This document shows positions 39,210 to 54,070 of a stretch of 64,000 nt of DNA, one piece after another. This DNA is from Lingula anatina (Eukaryota > Animalia > Brachiopoda). The stretch's first letter is position 1. Each line of letters starts with the position of its first letter. The notes below the pieces were generated by a model, which was not told where the DNA came from, made no database searches, and worked only from the letters and a program-made list of their open reading frames with translations. The position numbers were made by a program, and so were the translations under genes. The DNA lies in contig CM120649.1 in the NCBI GenBank assembly GCA_051362555.1, positions 10,044,001 to 10,108,000 of the forward strand, written 5' to 3'.

Positions 39210-40535
39210 CAGCCACAGGCTGCGGTGTGTTGATTTTGATGCTGTCTCAACCATGATTGTGACGGACTCCACAAATATCAGCCAATTGTGTTAGTGAAGA
39301 CATAACGGGGAGGGGGATGAAATGTTTATAAAGAAATGGACTTATAAGTCATTGGAAATGGCAATATGCTATTTTAGTTTAAATTATATATGGAGAAACC
39401 ATTCAGTAGAGAAAGTTAGATTAAAAGGATTAAGTTGAAATGAAACGGCACAAAAATGATGGGGGGAGGGGAGGGTATGATGATGGTATAAAAGGTTTGG
39501 GAGAGTTGAGGAAATTGAGTATTAAGTGCGCTCGGGTGTTTACCGGTGTCCTTTAACTTTAACAAACCAGGTTATACAAACTTTTACAACTTTTGTCTAA
39601 AAAAACTGAACAGTTTCATCTTTTTTTACTTATATAACTACCGTATGTTTCAACTGTAGTAATTCACAAAGATGAACTTTAAAGATGACGTCTATTGAGA
39701 AAGAGTCACAAAAACGCAGCACCGTAAAATTAATTGGCAAAGCGTCAACGCTACGCAAGAAGCTAAAATTAAAATAAGTTACAAATAGGACATAAAGTAC
39801 CGACAGAATTTACGTGGAGTCAAAGTTTGCTATTTTTGAACTACACAAGCTATCAGCGATTAACTTTCACAGCAAGTATGTTTGCCGACTTGCTCGAAAG
39901 ATTGCACATTTTCAGTTATGTATTAGGGCCTATTTGTGCGATTATCTAGAATATACATCAGAAAACCAAAAAAAAAAAAAAAAAAAAAAAAAAACAGAAG
40001 TGATAATGAATGAGATTTCGTGCTTTTGCAGAACTGCCCCTATAGAAAATGGGCTAAGAAAAGAGTTGTACAGATTGCGGTCTGAAAGACAGAATGATAA
40101 TTTGTTTTTTAAATTTAAAAAATGACTTTTTTCGAAGTGAGATATTTGGGACTTCATAACGAAATCTCAACAATATTTCAAAAATGTTCCAGTAACAGAA
40201 AGTTAGGCTAACGACGTGAGTGTCACCTCTACCTGTGGTGTGCAATAAGCTGAATCCCCGCTGAAAGCCACATAACGTAGACTGAAATATCGGAGCGCAA
40301 AAATGGACTTGTTTTAATAATTGATTAAAAAAGGCCGCTAGTATGACCGAGTTGTAAAACAGCCGATGAAATTCTTGAAACATTGAAAGACTTGAATTGG
40401 AAAATATTTTAATATTTGATACTTTTATATTTTAAATAAATTTCTTAATTGCCGGTTTGATTTTTCTATATCATTTTGTATAGTAAACGTATTTTATTAT
40501 AGCAAACTACTTACAACACATTTCTAACCGAGGCG

Positions 40536-40587
<52 letters not shown>

Positions 40588-41839
40588 GATCGGGGTGGGG
40601 ACGTAGTTAGGTCGTGTGAATGTTGACAGATATGTGATGGTCCGAAGAAGTTGAGTTACAACAGTTTTAACGTTACAGTATTTGACCTCAGAGTCTTTCT
40701 CAACATGATTGTGACGGTGTCCATGAATTCCATCATATTGTGCAGTCTGTCCGCAGATCTGGCATATCAATGCGTAAGCGGTGATCATTACAAAAACACC
40801 TACGCGCTTGCACAAAATAGTCCGCGACGTGTGTTTCGCGCCATGTTTTCAAAAACCCGTAGTTGTTATATAAATCCATGAAGCTCTGTGAATAACTCAT
40901 TATTCCGCTTGAAACTTTCAAAAAATAATATTTAGAACTTGATGTAAACGCACAATGTAAAATGAACATTTCAATTTCCACGAAAGCCTTGTATCAGTTG
41001 TCTACAAAGAGCACACGCATTTTTCGCAAGCGGATCGTGTAATTTTGTACCCTAAAATGAAATGATTGTAGAAAAAATGGACAAACTTACTTTATTGATA
41101 TTATAACGATTTATGCAACTATATATGCTGGAATTGAACCAAAAAGAATGAAAAATTTGTACAACCGTCCTTTTTTTGTGAAATCCCTATTTTAGTTCGA
41201 AGTATGTAGGTCAGTCGAAACTGGGACTGTCACGTTGCACTGAGGAAGTGACTCGAAAGCGATTTTCTCCGCAAATCTTGCATTTCGGTTTAAAAAATTG
41301 AATGTTCAGCTTCTCAAGTGTATATTTATAGTATACAGTGTGTCATTGTCATAGTGAGAGTTGTTATGGAAAATAATACGTGAAAAAAACGTCATCGGTG
41401 CTGCAGATCGACCATATCGCTGCCATAACATGGTTTTAGAATGGAAAAAATCTGCCGTTTGCCTTTCAAGTTACATAGCTTTGGGTTAGCAGACTTAAAG
41501 GTGAGTCTTTTTTTTTTTTTTTTTTTTTTGCATTCACTAAGTTTCATATAAGCGCCGAAATGTATAGAAATGATTTTGGAGTAACCTCCCTTCGCATAGT
41601 TTAGATGCACTTGTTGACGTTCAGTACCAGTGAAATGTTATATTTTGTTGCAAAGTTATAGTTTTACTTTGTTTACATACAATGTGTAGGCCTACTAGCA
41701 TACCTTTATCCGTTCTATTTCCTTTACATACATGTATGATTTTATCATTATATTATATTTATTTTTAACAGATTCCCGAATTTCATATCAGCTGACAATA
41801 AGGGAAGAGGTGTTCTAGTCAAGACCAGGGAAAATTTAT

Positions 41840-42370
41840 TTCCATACGATTGTGTGTGATGGTGCTGTTGATGCAGGTGTGACTGAACAAGAGATGGTGT
41901 TTTGTGGAGTCTTGGATACTGTTTACCCTAGAAACCTTTCTCATAGCAGACAAATTCTGGAACAATACTTTCTTCAAGTATTAAACAGGATGGGCTTTGA
42001 CCCACAAGACTTCCACTGAGAGTGGCCTGCATTTAAAGAGCACATAGATAGGTGGCATGTTTATAGTGAATAAAAGTAAAGATATGTGTATGGATTTGTT
42101 TCAAGGCTAGGAGACCAGACAGAGATTAGAATACATACAATAATGCTAATTGAAATTGCCTTGTTCACCCTGTCCACTTCACAGGTGGAGAGAGGATACA
42201 GTGCTCTCTAAAGAATCAAATCTGACTGGAGGTCAAGTTTGGGGATTAAATTATGCTTAAGTTAACCAAATTTTGACAGCAGTTTTATAGGGGCCAAGTT
42301 TTGATGATCATTTAGTCAAGGAATCTATCAACCACTGGGTGGCAGGGTGACACTCTGGGAAAACGGCCCA
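41840..42370 (+). pseudogene. Internally deleted, degraded ZNF862-type hAT transposase
   Basis: CDGAVDAGVTEQEMVF (first catalytic D region) and EWPAFK...STSQVERGYSAL*RIKSDWRSSL (hAT C-terminus). Confidence 0.7.
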
Positions 42371-44958
42371 ATTTTGAACTTGAAAATTGATTTAGTTTTC
42401 TGATTGTCATATCCAGCAGGTAAATGACCTGGCCATTGAAGGTTCTAAGGAAATAAAAAAAAAATTGAAACATACTCGATACTGAAGTTTTCTTTTTTTT
42501 TTAATTTTTAATGCATTTTACTTTGTTATGTATTTAATTACAAATTATATTCATGAATTTTCAGCCGGGGATGATCTTAATTGTATGTCAGTTTTGGCAA
42601 AGGTAATATTCATAACTTTCTGGGGCAGGTGCTTCTCCTGCCTTCAGAATAGACAGATCAAGTTGGCCAACGAGTTTATTGGAACCTTGTTATCTGCTTT
42701 AATTTTAAAGGCAAAAAGTTTCCAAAAAACTTTTAACAAGGTCAGTGCATATTCATGAGGCTGAATGAACATTTCCCAGGAACAGTGCTTTAAGGACATG
42801 AATTTTAAATGTTTACTTAGTTTTGTTTATCACACAGATTTCAATATTTTGCATTTTTAAAAACAGAAATGTAAATTTTAAATAGATTAGGGATATTTTT
42901 TAAAATTATAATTGGAAGGGCCTAATTTTCAATAGTTTAATATGTAAGAGACAAAAATAGTACTAGTAAATAGATATCTTGAGCAGTAAAATAAGAGAAC
43001 AAGGCAGAAGTGCAGATCTTAATATAATGATTAAACCGGTGTTGAATGATTTTTTATCAAAACCCTTTCAGGTTTTAAAAAGTACAACCTGGTCATAGGC
43101 CAGTACTTCTTTGTAAATATTTATTCAATTAAAAAAATCTTGTTTTATTTATAACTAGATCTAGCAATATCTTTCTATATTGGTCAAAATTCACACTGGA
43201 TTTCTTGTGGATTGGATCATAACTATTATACCATTTTTGATGTTTTAAGAATGAAGTATATAACTCTTGGAATATTCTGGCGGTATATATATTTTATATA
43301 TTTTTTTATATATATCATATATATATTTTTTTATATAAATAGAATATTTAAGAAAACTTGTAGTCTTGCTAAGTCGGGTCAGTGCTTCAGGTTGGTCACG
43401 TGACGCTATAAATTATGATGAAAATGGGGTTCCATTTTTGTCGTCCTTTTGGAGATGCTATATTTCCCCACACAAAATGGGTAAAAATTGTAGGAGACAT
43501 ACCTTATGATATATCATTTAAAAGTTTATGATTTCGTCTTTCTGGAGAATATTAATGTTTGATAATATTTCGCGTTTCCTGCGATACATAGTCACAGTAA
43601 CCTACTGCACTTGAAAAAATCGGTTTTGCCAACTTTTACACCGACTTCACGGGATTATCAACACTTTGCCAACCAGATGGGAGCCGAACGCAACATATAT
43701 TTTATATCAACACGAAGCCCACTTGTTTAGCTTTTAGAATTTATATAAAACGCTGGTGATATAAACATTATAGCAATTTTGTTATAATTTAAACGCCCCA
43801 ATGTTATACGCTTCAAAAATGCGAGTGTTTGGCGTCGCGTTCACCTCGCGCTTAAAAAAATGGACAAAGCTGAATTCACAAAATATTTATACCGCCAGAA
43901 AGCGAGTTTAACCGGCTTTCATGATTTAGTTTTTAAAAATTTGTACAATTTAAACTTCTTATAGAAATCTTTACATAGAAAATTTCGGACACCTGAAACG
44001 GGACACCATTTGCAATCACCCGCGTGGATAAATCTTCCATTTTACCGTTCTGAATCTATGTTTTATGACAACTAACCTTAAAATAGCGAATCCCTAGATA
44101 TTCCCGCTTCTTTTTATATATCTATCGTTTAATCACATCAACTGTTGACAAAAATACACATGAAAATACGAAGAGCTCAAAAGTCGTCCATTTTCACTCG
44201 ATTTTGCTGAAAGTAGTGCGAAAATGGCCGTCGCTTCAGACAGTGTGCACGTGCAGCTCGGAATCTGCGGACAGACTGGTGCTAGTGAAGACAGCAATAA
44301 ATCACAGAGGGACGCTTTATATTAATGATCATGGGCCTATTTGCTCAATACTTTTATCAAGCTTATTAGGCCTATTTCTCTCGTAGCGACTCAAATCATA
44401 TCTAGACTCTTTAACGCCAGAAAATGCATGTATATCAGATTACAAATTATTTTTTGCAAGAAAGTGTTAAGACGGTCCAAGCAAGCTATAGTTATAACAA
44501 CAACGTAAAGCAGAGCGTCAGGAAAGACGACACATTCCAAGGAAAGGGGGCATGGGATAACCTTCGCAAAATATGGTCCGATAAAGCTGACATTTGTCCT
44601 TGGGTTGTATTCTAATACTCATGCTAAAAGTGATTCTGTAAATTTCAGTATGATAAGTCACGGGGTTTTCCATTTATTGCGTTAACAAGTCTTATATTAT
44701 AACGTATAACAGAAAAGTGAAAAAGTGGGGGATTTAAGGAAAAAAGACCTAATATATCTGCAATTCGAACATGGACTGTATTTTTCATAATATGAATTAC
44801 TCCAGTAAATTTGAGAATAACAAAAACCTCACGGTTATTATTTTTAATTTTTTCTTCATGCATTTTTGATGTGTAAATAATTCTTTCGATATATTTCTTT
44901 GTTCCTTTATTCATTTATTTGGTTGGCTATTATGGTTGTGACTGTTTTCATTCTTTTC

Positions 44959-45001
<43 letters not shown>

Positions 45002-45194
45002 TATATATTGGCTTATGTATAAACTACATATATATTTCTTTTGTTCCCTCAAGGAGAGCACGTAATACTATATGACATTTGCCTCCTTTTCTTTCCTTTG
45101 TATAAGCCTTGCTTTAAAAATTTCAGTTCCGGGGGAATCTGTCCAGTGCGAACGGCTCCTACGTTTTCTATGTAGAATAAAATAACTCTAACAT

Positions 45195-45490
45195 CTCGTG
45201 ATTGATAGATATCAATCAAAGCTGTCAAATTTGACAGTTTGATTGACGGATAGTTAAACATACGCCAATCACATCCATACCGCCAAAGAAGATTTATCTC
45301 CTGTGATTGATAGATGTCAATGAAAGCTGTCAAATTTGCCAGTTTGATTGACGAATAGTTAAACAAACGTCAATCACAATCATCATGCAAAGGAGCTTTT
45401 ACTTCCTGTGATTGAGAGGTGCCAATCAAAGCTATTAAAAGTGGATGGCTTGATTGGCAGCTATATAAACAAACGTCAATCATCATACCG
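45195..45490. repeat. About 105-bp tandem repeat x3 with internal palindromes
   Basis: GTGATTGA...CAAT(C/G)AAAGCTGTCAAATTTG(A/C)CAGTTTGATTGAC...CAATCA repeated. Confidence 0.8.
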
Positions 45491-46764
45491 GTGATCAAGT
45501 ATAGCTGTCGAACATTCAATACGCCGTAGAGAGCAGACTGTCCCCGGGATTATTTAAATAAGTAAAATATAGGCGAGAGGAGGTGAAAGAACTATTCCGG
45601 CATCAGCTAGTTGAGTGATCAAAGGTATACAATATATGAGAAACTAAAGACTTAATGTGATCATCATATTTTAGTCACATTCTGTTTATAATAATTGACT
45701 TTTGTGAAATTGCAGGTAGGAACTAATTTTCAGCCCGTTTGCAGTATTTTACTTTTCATTTTTTATTTTCTTATCTTTCTTTCATTCTTTCTATTTGTAT
45801 ATTTACATGTATTATTTTTATATTTATTCATATTTTTGTTTATTAATTTTTGTTTATTTGTTTGCTTGTTTCCAAAAAATATGTTTTATATAATTTAGTT
45901 CTACCAGATTTTAAATTACATCGATTCCCTTCGTTAGTGTGCCATGAGTTCCGCACACTGCTGTGGTGAGGCTGTGTGGAGTTGGTTGAGTTAGTGGCGT
46001 ACACGATCGCAAAGAATCTCACCCCTGAAATTCTCGTGGAATTCGACATGCCACGATGGGTCTCTCCACTTGGAGAATTCGATTTTGGCTATAAAGGGAA
46101 ATAAGCGTCACACCCACTTTCCACATGAGAGGGATATTTACGAATTGGATATGATTACAGCGGTGACTTAGACTTTTACATCAATTAAGACAGTTTGAAG
46201 ACTTTTCCTTCCTTTCTTCCAAAATAGAGCTTTACACGAAAATAATTAAAGCTTATTTATATTCAAATGTAAACAGGAAATTAAAAAGTAAAGCCTTATA
46301 CAATTTTGACATTTGCTGGACATTGGGTACATTTTGCGATGTTTATAGAAAAACTCAAATGTTTACTCCATTTTTTGACTGTTCTTGTTTTACTTTAAAT
46401 TCAGAAATATAGTCATTGGCGTTATTTATAAATGAAGCAGTGTACATATATGTTTACCTCCGGACGTCAGCAATGAGTAAATACAGTGTATAGACATGTG
46501 CAATAAACAGATATTTTTTTACAGTTTTGGGTGCTCCGTGTTTAAGTTTAAAAGTCTTGGTCTTACATTTCTATACCAGCAGGCAGATTTTTTTATTATT
46601 AGAATAAATCCAAGCTACACTCGTGCTTGGAGACTGTCCATTTTAGATGTTTAGAAGATTGAGAGCAAAGGAAAGAGTTTGAAATCCCCAAAAATTGCAA
46701 GTCTGTTCTGCACCGGTATAGCTCTGTAGTCCCACCTTGCTGAGGAACACGTTTTACTTTGTAT

Positions 46765-47160
46765 TGGAGACTCCAGGCACAGAAGTTAGAAACCTGGGTG
46801 TAATTTTTTCAACAACAAATGTGACATGATATCACACATTAACAAAGTGTGTAAATCATCATATTTTAGTCTGCAACGAATTTCTATGATTCTTCACCTT
46901 ATTGACAGCAAGCAAACAGAGCTACTCATCCATGCATTTGTGACCTCTAGACTCGATTACTGCAACAGCCTCTTGTTCGTATTACCTAACTGTCAAATTG
47001 AAAAAAAAACTTCAGTCTATTCATAATTCAGCAGCTCATCTCCTTCGTAAAACCCAGAAATCCGACCACATCACACCAGTTCTCTGCGACTGTCCATTTT
47101 ATATGAACAATATAATAGAACTTTTAACTTCTCTTAGAACTCTTCGTTCCAGTGGTCCTG
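46765..47160 (+). mobile_element. L2/CR1-group LINE ORF2 3' fragment
   Basis: VRNLGVIF...SHINKVCKSSYF...LIHAFVTSRLDYCNSLL...KLQSIHNSAAHL...DHITPVL. Confidence 0.9.
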
Positions 47161-49226
47161 GGAATTCACATGAAGAGTAAATTTACTTTTGACAAAGACG
47201 GCGCTTTTTTTGGTCACTTGCAACTTTTAAAGACAATGATCCGGTTTTAATGAACTTTTGCACATGCATTATTGAAAGTATTTGAGCACCTGGTGTTTCA
47301 GGCCTACAGTGGAGGAACGGCAAAAAAAAAAAAAAACTCACTGTTATTAACACCGACAGAAAAAAAAATTGGGAGAGATCTCCGCCAACTGGATGGTATC
47401 ATGAAAGACAGAATGAAGAAAACAACAAAACGAATTATGGGGATCCAACCCATTCAGCAAATTCTCTTTTTCATTTCTCAATATTAGAATGCTGATTTCA
47501 AGGGCAGTAAACGTTTTAAAGTAGTTTTTGCCTCTCTAAGTATGTAATATTAATTCCACTTTTAAGCCTAGCTTATAAATATTATAATATTTAGTTTTAT
47601 GTCTCAATATTTTTATTAGCTGAATTAATTTTTATTTCATTTCACTAGTTAGAAAAAAAAACAAGATAAACATAAAACGCCCCAAGCTGGACTTTTAGGA
47701 GATGACCAAACAAAATCAATTGAACGGCCCTACTGTTAGAGATCTCAGTAATTTATTGGTAGACATATTGTCTACAGCTGCCGTAAGCTTAAAATGTCTT
47801 CCCTTTGAAAGTACATGATGTAAAGAATAATACATTTCTCAAGGCAGAACTCATCTCATGTTTTCTAAATGTGTCAGGAATCTAATCCGTGAAGCAGGCG
47901 ACCACTGTACCCCTTAACCACAGAGGGGTGCACTTAAAGAGATAACTTTTCGTTTTGGCCAAATAATGGATTTACCTGGAATAAACAACAATTTTCCCAT
48001 ACTTACCAATGGTTAATGAATACATTTCTACATTCAAAGTTAGTCTCTGTTTTTTTTGGGTTTTTTTTTTTTTTTTTTGTAAAAAGTTTTTTTTTTGCAA
48101 CAATCTCCTAAGAGATTTTTACAGAGTATAGCAATAGACTAGTATAGTATAGACTGTCACGTGGTCCAATGACAAGCTCATATATCAGAATAATTGTTAT
48201 AACTGCCGTTTTTGTGGTAAAACAGAATATATTATGCTTCTACGAGTTGTTTACAATGTTTTTATTGTGAAATATAGATCTCATACAAAGAGTTATTATC
48301 CATTTAAGCTATAGGCATGCCAAGATAGGCCTCGAACTCTATACCCCCCTCAATCCACCAACCAATAATACCACCCTGGTAGCCGTATACTTCTCTATAA
48401 GTGTGTGCAAACATTTCGAATAAATTGCAAATAAAAATTTCATGAAAAGTAACAATCTGCAGATTTGTTTAAATTACACATCTCGTTCCCGTAGGCCTGC
48501 TTCTTACAGATGCCTATGATGAGTTTAATTACTGACTTAGAGACAGTAGTTATTTCAGTAACATATGATCAATGTATTCTATGTACGGTTTATTAAAGAT
48601 GTATATTTCAAAATAGAATCAGATGCGTACATTCTCTAAGAATTGTATGTATATTTTCTCTAATTAGACTGAAGAAATAAACATTACAATGTACAATACA
48701 ATACAAATCACTTCTCACATACACATTTCTCAAAAACATACGCATACATACATATCCGTATATTTGTTCTACCATGTCACTTTATTGCGTGCTACATGTT
48801 AAACTACTGTGTAAAAGAAATACAAAGACAAGCAAAGCATTATTTTTTAGTTCAGAAAAAAATCGATGTCCCTGGATTACGGATGCCCTCCATTTTTTTA
48901 TTTTCTGTAAATGTATTATTTTACCTCAGAAATTAGATTTACTTTCCAAGAATAACATCTGATGTGTAAATCTGAACATTGGCTTCCCTTTCTTCCCTAA
49001 TCCAGTTTTTGAGTTGTTTCCAGTTTTTGAGTTTTTCACAACAACGTTTACAATATGTATATTATCTTTTATTTTTCAGAATTAAACGCATTGAACTTCA
49101 CTTGATTTCGATTGACGTAAAGTTCAGTAGGTGTGCCAGAAATCTAAGCATCTTGATCTGAACTCAAATTTAGTGAGAATTCCCTCGGAGATAGGTCGCT
49201 CCTCCTAGATCATGCCTAGATACTAG

Positions 49227-49730
49227 TCAATACTTGTATTTGATGAACTGAACCAGATTTGTCCTTGCTGTCATGATGATAGAAAGGTGGGCTCCCAGGC
49301 TGCTTTTCTGTTGATGAATCTGGAAAAATTTCACAATATTCTTTCAGAAGATACCCATTGCTTTAATTGATCAATATGTCTTGAAATAAAGATATTATTA
49401 CACTGTAAAAGAATATATTAAATACCCAACTGCAGGAATCATTTTAGTAAGCAAAACGTGATGCTTTTTTATATTGTTCACTACGCAACTACTGCTGATA
49501 TAGGTCTTTAGTTGTTTTGATAAAAATAAATAAATAAATAAATAAATAAAACCACAGGGAGCAGTTTTTTCTCAGCTGTCAGCTGTGGTACCATATGGTC
49601 TGGAGTATGTCTGTTACCCTGATATCCATGACCACAGGTACAGATGATCAACAATGGTGTCCAGAGTCTCAGTAACCACCCACAAGTTCTGGTCCTTGCT
49701 AACTTCTTCCAGAAGAATTGTGCAAAAATT
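49227..49730 (-). pseudogene. HEATR3: Two orphan 3'-terminal exons resembling HEAT repeat-containing protein 3
   Basis: Exon from 49730 after ttcag: NFCTILLEEVSKDQNLWVVTETLDTIVD, then disrupted. Exon 49319-49227 after ttccag: IHQQKSSLGAHLSIIMTARTNLVQFIKYKY*. Both match my recollection of the HEATR3 C-terminus (LLEVxxKDxxLxVxxEALDAxFD; NLxRFIxY). Confidence 0.65.
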
Positions 49731-50245
49731 CTGAAGTGAAAAAACAACTAAACAACAAATCTGCCTCGATCGTAGATTTGCAGGGACTTTCTGAGTGCAA
49801 ACAGCATAAGTGAATGACATGCCTCCTCTTGTTTCCAACATACTTGCATAATCAGCAGCTATTTTGTATTCTATTCAATGAGGCGTGTCATTCAATTAAG
49901 CTGATTGCACTTGGCGAGAGTCCAAGCACAGAGTTGGATCACTCTAAGTTGACCTATGGTGTCTGTGAGAATGAGCCCATAGAGATCAGAATATATATAG
50001 ACACAAAGACAGTGCCTGTCTAACAAATATCTTCTACACTGTATGAAGCAGATTCAATGGCATCTATAGACAAGAGAGGTGACACATGAGTTGTAAAATT
50101 CTTTTAAAAAATCAGATATTTTCACCTCAACAGGTATGGTCTGTCCAAATAGTTTATATAATATTGATTCACATAATATTAATTCACGTTATAGTAGAAA
50201 ATGTTATCTATTAGTACATCAACCTTTAGCCATAGCAAATATTAA

Positions 50246-50482
50246 GACTGGGTTCCCATACCTAGACTGATCTAACATGATCTCCAATGGGTTTCTCGCT
50301 CAATTGCTTTCAGCTTAAGCGGCTTAGATGTCTGGGATGCCTACTGAAGCTGTTAAATGATAATTACCCCCTAACATGTCCAGTAGGCATGACAGACATC
50401 TAAGCTGCTGAAGTTGATTGCAATTTAGTGAGAATCCCCTTGGAGATCCACAGTTAGAATGATAGGGTCTGGGAATGTTCCC
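50246..50482. mobile_element. Harbinger-type MITE (21886 family)
   Basis: GACTGGGTTCCCATAC...GGGAATGTTCCC; shared internal sequence. Confidence 0.7.
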
Positions 50483-51501
50483 TAGGACATGACATGCCTG
50501 TACCAGTACATGTACCTATCTGGGGTACCTTGACAATATGGCCATGACAATAAAAATGTTTGAGTGCTCTATGGAGAGAGGTTTAAGTGAATAAATATTA
50601 AAAATGAAGTTATTAGACTAAGCGCTAGTTTTATCTGAGAGTGTATATTTACAATAAAAAAGGCATAGATGTGTTATGAACTAAAAATAATTGTATATCA
50701 TTTAGAAATAATGGAATCAATTATGGTAATAACTCAGAAGTTAAGCTGTTCTTTGGATCTTTTCTATAAATATAAAACAATTTAAGATGTGCAATGGAGT
50801 TGCCATTTTAAAGCAGGAATTCATCTAAACTAATTTCAAAGTGATAAAAAAGAGGGCAATGCTTACTGTTTTTGCAAACTCTTGACTCACCTGCATAAAC
50901 ACCTATCCAGTGTTGACATCATCTAGGTCTTTAAACTCTGTATTAAAGAGGATCACCACACAACCCTTCTTTATATCCACATAATGATACCTACAGATTT
51001 TATACCAATTTTTGAAATTAATAATTGTTTTCATTTAAATAAGTCATGAATTTGGGAAAATTATCCAACAATTTATTTAATATACATTTTTACAAAATAA
51101 ATCATTATCAACTGGCTCAGTCAATAAATGGAATAACTATTTCACAATTTTTCTGAAAGAATAGATTTCATTTCTATATACTAATATTTAAAAATGTTTA
51201 GCTGACAGTGAGGAGTTGTCTTACAGTAACATTATGCAATTATGTATATGCCACTAGCTTCCATTTTTTCTGTTAATCACATGGTTTCCTTATCTTTGCT
51301 ATTAAGAAGCCTTCATGGCTACCACTGGCCAATCAGAGGGAATGTCTTCTTAATTATGGACTTATGAAACATTGCAGCCTGAAAATATATAAATGACTAC
51401 ATTAAAATCATACATTTAGCCAATTTTCATAAAAATTAAAAGAAAGGGAACTTATATATCATAAGAATTTACAAAGCTAAGGTATCTGTTAGAATGTAGC
51501 A

Positions 51502-51727
51502 ATGGTGTACGTAAGTGTGTGTACATGTGTGTGTGTACAGTATGTGTGTGTGTGTGTGTGTGTGTACATGTGTATGTGTACGTGTGTATACATGTGTGTG
51601 TATGTATGTGTATACATGTGTGTTTGTACGTGTGTGTGTGTAATAATAATGTACATGTGTATGTGTGTAACAAGTGTTTGTGCATGTGGGTATATATGTG
51701 TGTACGTGTGTACATGTGTGTGTGTGT

Positions 51728-51763
<36 letters not shown>

Positions 51764-51785
51764 ACTGAGTGTGTGTGTTTGTGTG
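51502..51785. repeat. Compound (TG)n/TACA microsatellite
   Basis: Directly visible. Confidence 0.95.
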
Positions 51786-53897
51786 CGACTGTTTTATTTC
51801 TGAAATCTTATGAGTAAATTAATAATGAAAATGTTTTTGCTGTCCATCTTCCAATAATCACTCATTTTAAACTTTAAGCCATCAGACCCCAGGACCTGTG
51901 GGATATTGTGTTCCCTTTACCCCACCAGACTTAACCCGTGAATTAACATGTTTTACTTGATCAGAATATATCAATGAGCTTTCATTTTTCTCTAACATAT
52001 ATTCTCATAAGTCAACTTCAGAGGCCATGCTAGTAAATTTCCCAGCCTTGCAAAATAACTTATTTCCACCAAATACAGTACATACAAAAGGGCAAAGCAT
52101 TTTAAGCAAAAGTCAAGTACCCTACTAGAGGATCAGAGAGATGATACTGACTACGGATATTGTACCACCAGCTGGAGTAAGTGCATTCGTATGGAAAGCA
52201 AGACAAAAACAAGGCAACAAAGCTGTCAAATGTACAGGCAAAAAGCAGAAAATAGGTCATTTTGTCAATTTTAATGCAAAAATGAATAATTTTGAAATAA
52301 CAGCACAGCCAATAAACACTGAATTTTAATCATGCACTAAAGGTAATATGGTCAATAAAATTAGAGTTTAAAGAACATGAGAGTTCAAATTCACATAATG
52401 AAAATCCAAATATGTGAAAAATGATGACAGTGCATAAAATAATATTACATAATGTTTAAAGACATAAACACCAATACAATTTCCTGTGTGGAAATACAGA
52501 AAATGTACATAGCTTCAGGTGGATGGGAGTAAGAAGTCACACCTTGACATGCCAGCGTTTGAAAAAAATAAAAATAGAAAACATAAAAAATATTCCAATA
52601 AGGCTGCTATTCAAACTTTTAATCTAGCTGTATTAACATGATATAAATAACCCCAATGAGTTTGAGGATAATCAGGCACTGTTATTTATCTATAGCACTT
52701 ATGCAATATTAAACAACATTTACCTGCATATAATTATCACTGATTCCTAATTATGTGACACTGTTAATTTAGGCTTTTACAAACTGTATCTGGCAGAGAG
52801 CTAAACCTATGGAAATCTCAACAAGTGTGTTTTATGTTATCTCATTTCATGGCATCTTGAAACTTAATTAGGCAAGTGACCTAATCTTTCTGAATGCTAG
52901 TGATTACACAAGGGACAATTACAGACTGACCATCCATTGTATCCATATAACACCAAGGACTGTGTAAGAAATAAAAAATTCATAAAGAACTACATTGCTT
53001 CCGAAACAGAAAACAATCAAACTGATTTTCCAACACAAGCTGCGCTTCAGTCCAATGAATCTTTTCAGACAGTTTGAGAATCATAAGTATCTATCCTCTA
53101 CCAGGGCCGCAGTTATTATTTTGTGGACATTTTTGCTGAGGTGACCCTTTAACGTTTGGCCAGATGGGAGCAATTAAATATGCACGCACGCAGATAGCAT
53201 TGTACCTGCTCTGCAGGAGCTCAGTGAGAGCTGGGCTTCACATCAATGTGATTACCACTTGTTATGCAACCTGCCTTGTGTTGTCTGTCTGCTAAGGGGC
53301 TGTTTTTATTGTCACAGATGAGCAGTTAACTGTCTTGATTACTGTCAAGGGGACTTGGCAGGGACTTGAGTACGGTAAAGTCTTGAAAATGTTGTCGTTC
53401 TTGAAAATTTCGTCGGACTACGATTTTCCGCTGACGTAATTTTTTTGCCTTTAAAAATTTCGTCGTATGTGAAAATGGCCCCTCACGTTAATTTTGAAAA
53501 GTTCGTCACCCAACATGGCCGTGTTGTCCATGAAGGTAATACGCATGTGTCAGTTCATTCAAGACGCTCAGGATAACATTGACGATAACACTTTCAGTAA
53601 GAGATAAGAACAATATATTTGTCTTTTGTGGCATTAGGCCTATTATTACCTAGCACATACACAGGGTTACACCAGGTGCGTCTTGAAAATGGTAAATAGA
53701 AGTCATGTACCATGACTCTTTGTCAGTAGTGACACTTTCAATGTTATCAATGGTTGTGCTAAATGAGGAAGATACAATGAAAAGTCAACTTCTAATTATC
53801 TAGAAGGGAAATGCATCCGTAGCATCTATTCATGTCCATTAAGCTGTTACGATTACCTAGCTCATTTGCGGTAACTTACCTGTGATGCTATCAACAC

Positions 53898-54070
53898 CAG
53901 GCCCGTAGCCAGCAATTTCAAAAGGGGAGTTTTTTTTCTGAAAAAGTGGACCTTTTCCCATAAAAACTTCATGTACCAAGATCAAATTTTACCCAGAGTG
54001 GACCTTTTCCCAGCCAAAGGGGCGGTTCTTTCGAACCCCCCGAACCCCCCCCCCCCTGGCTATGGGCCTG
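53898..54070. mobile_element. MITE with 5-bp TSD (29532 family, inverted)
   Basis: AACAC|CAGGCCCGTAGCCAG...CTGGCTATGGGCCTG|AACAC. Confidence 0.9.

Noticed and set aside
47820-47935. Possible tRNA or tRNA-derived SINE head on the minus strand (also B-box-like GTTCGAGTC at 30841)
   Set aside because: A/B boxes are degenerate; no cloverleaf or second copy is visible
50891-50990. Minus-strand GT-AG-bounded block as an additional HEATR3 exon
   Set aside because: All three frames contain stops and none resembles HEATR3 as I recall it
51452-51768. Cys/Val- and His/Thr-rich ORFs
   Set aside because: Translations of a TG microsatellite; the same applies to the ORFs over the (TA)n, (CT)n and (GT)n tracts
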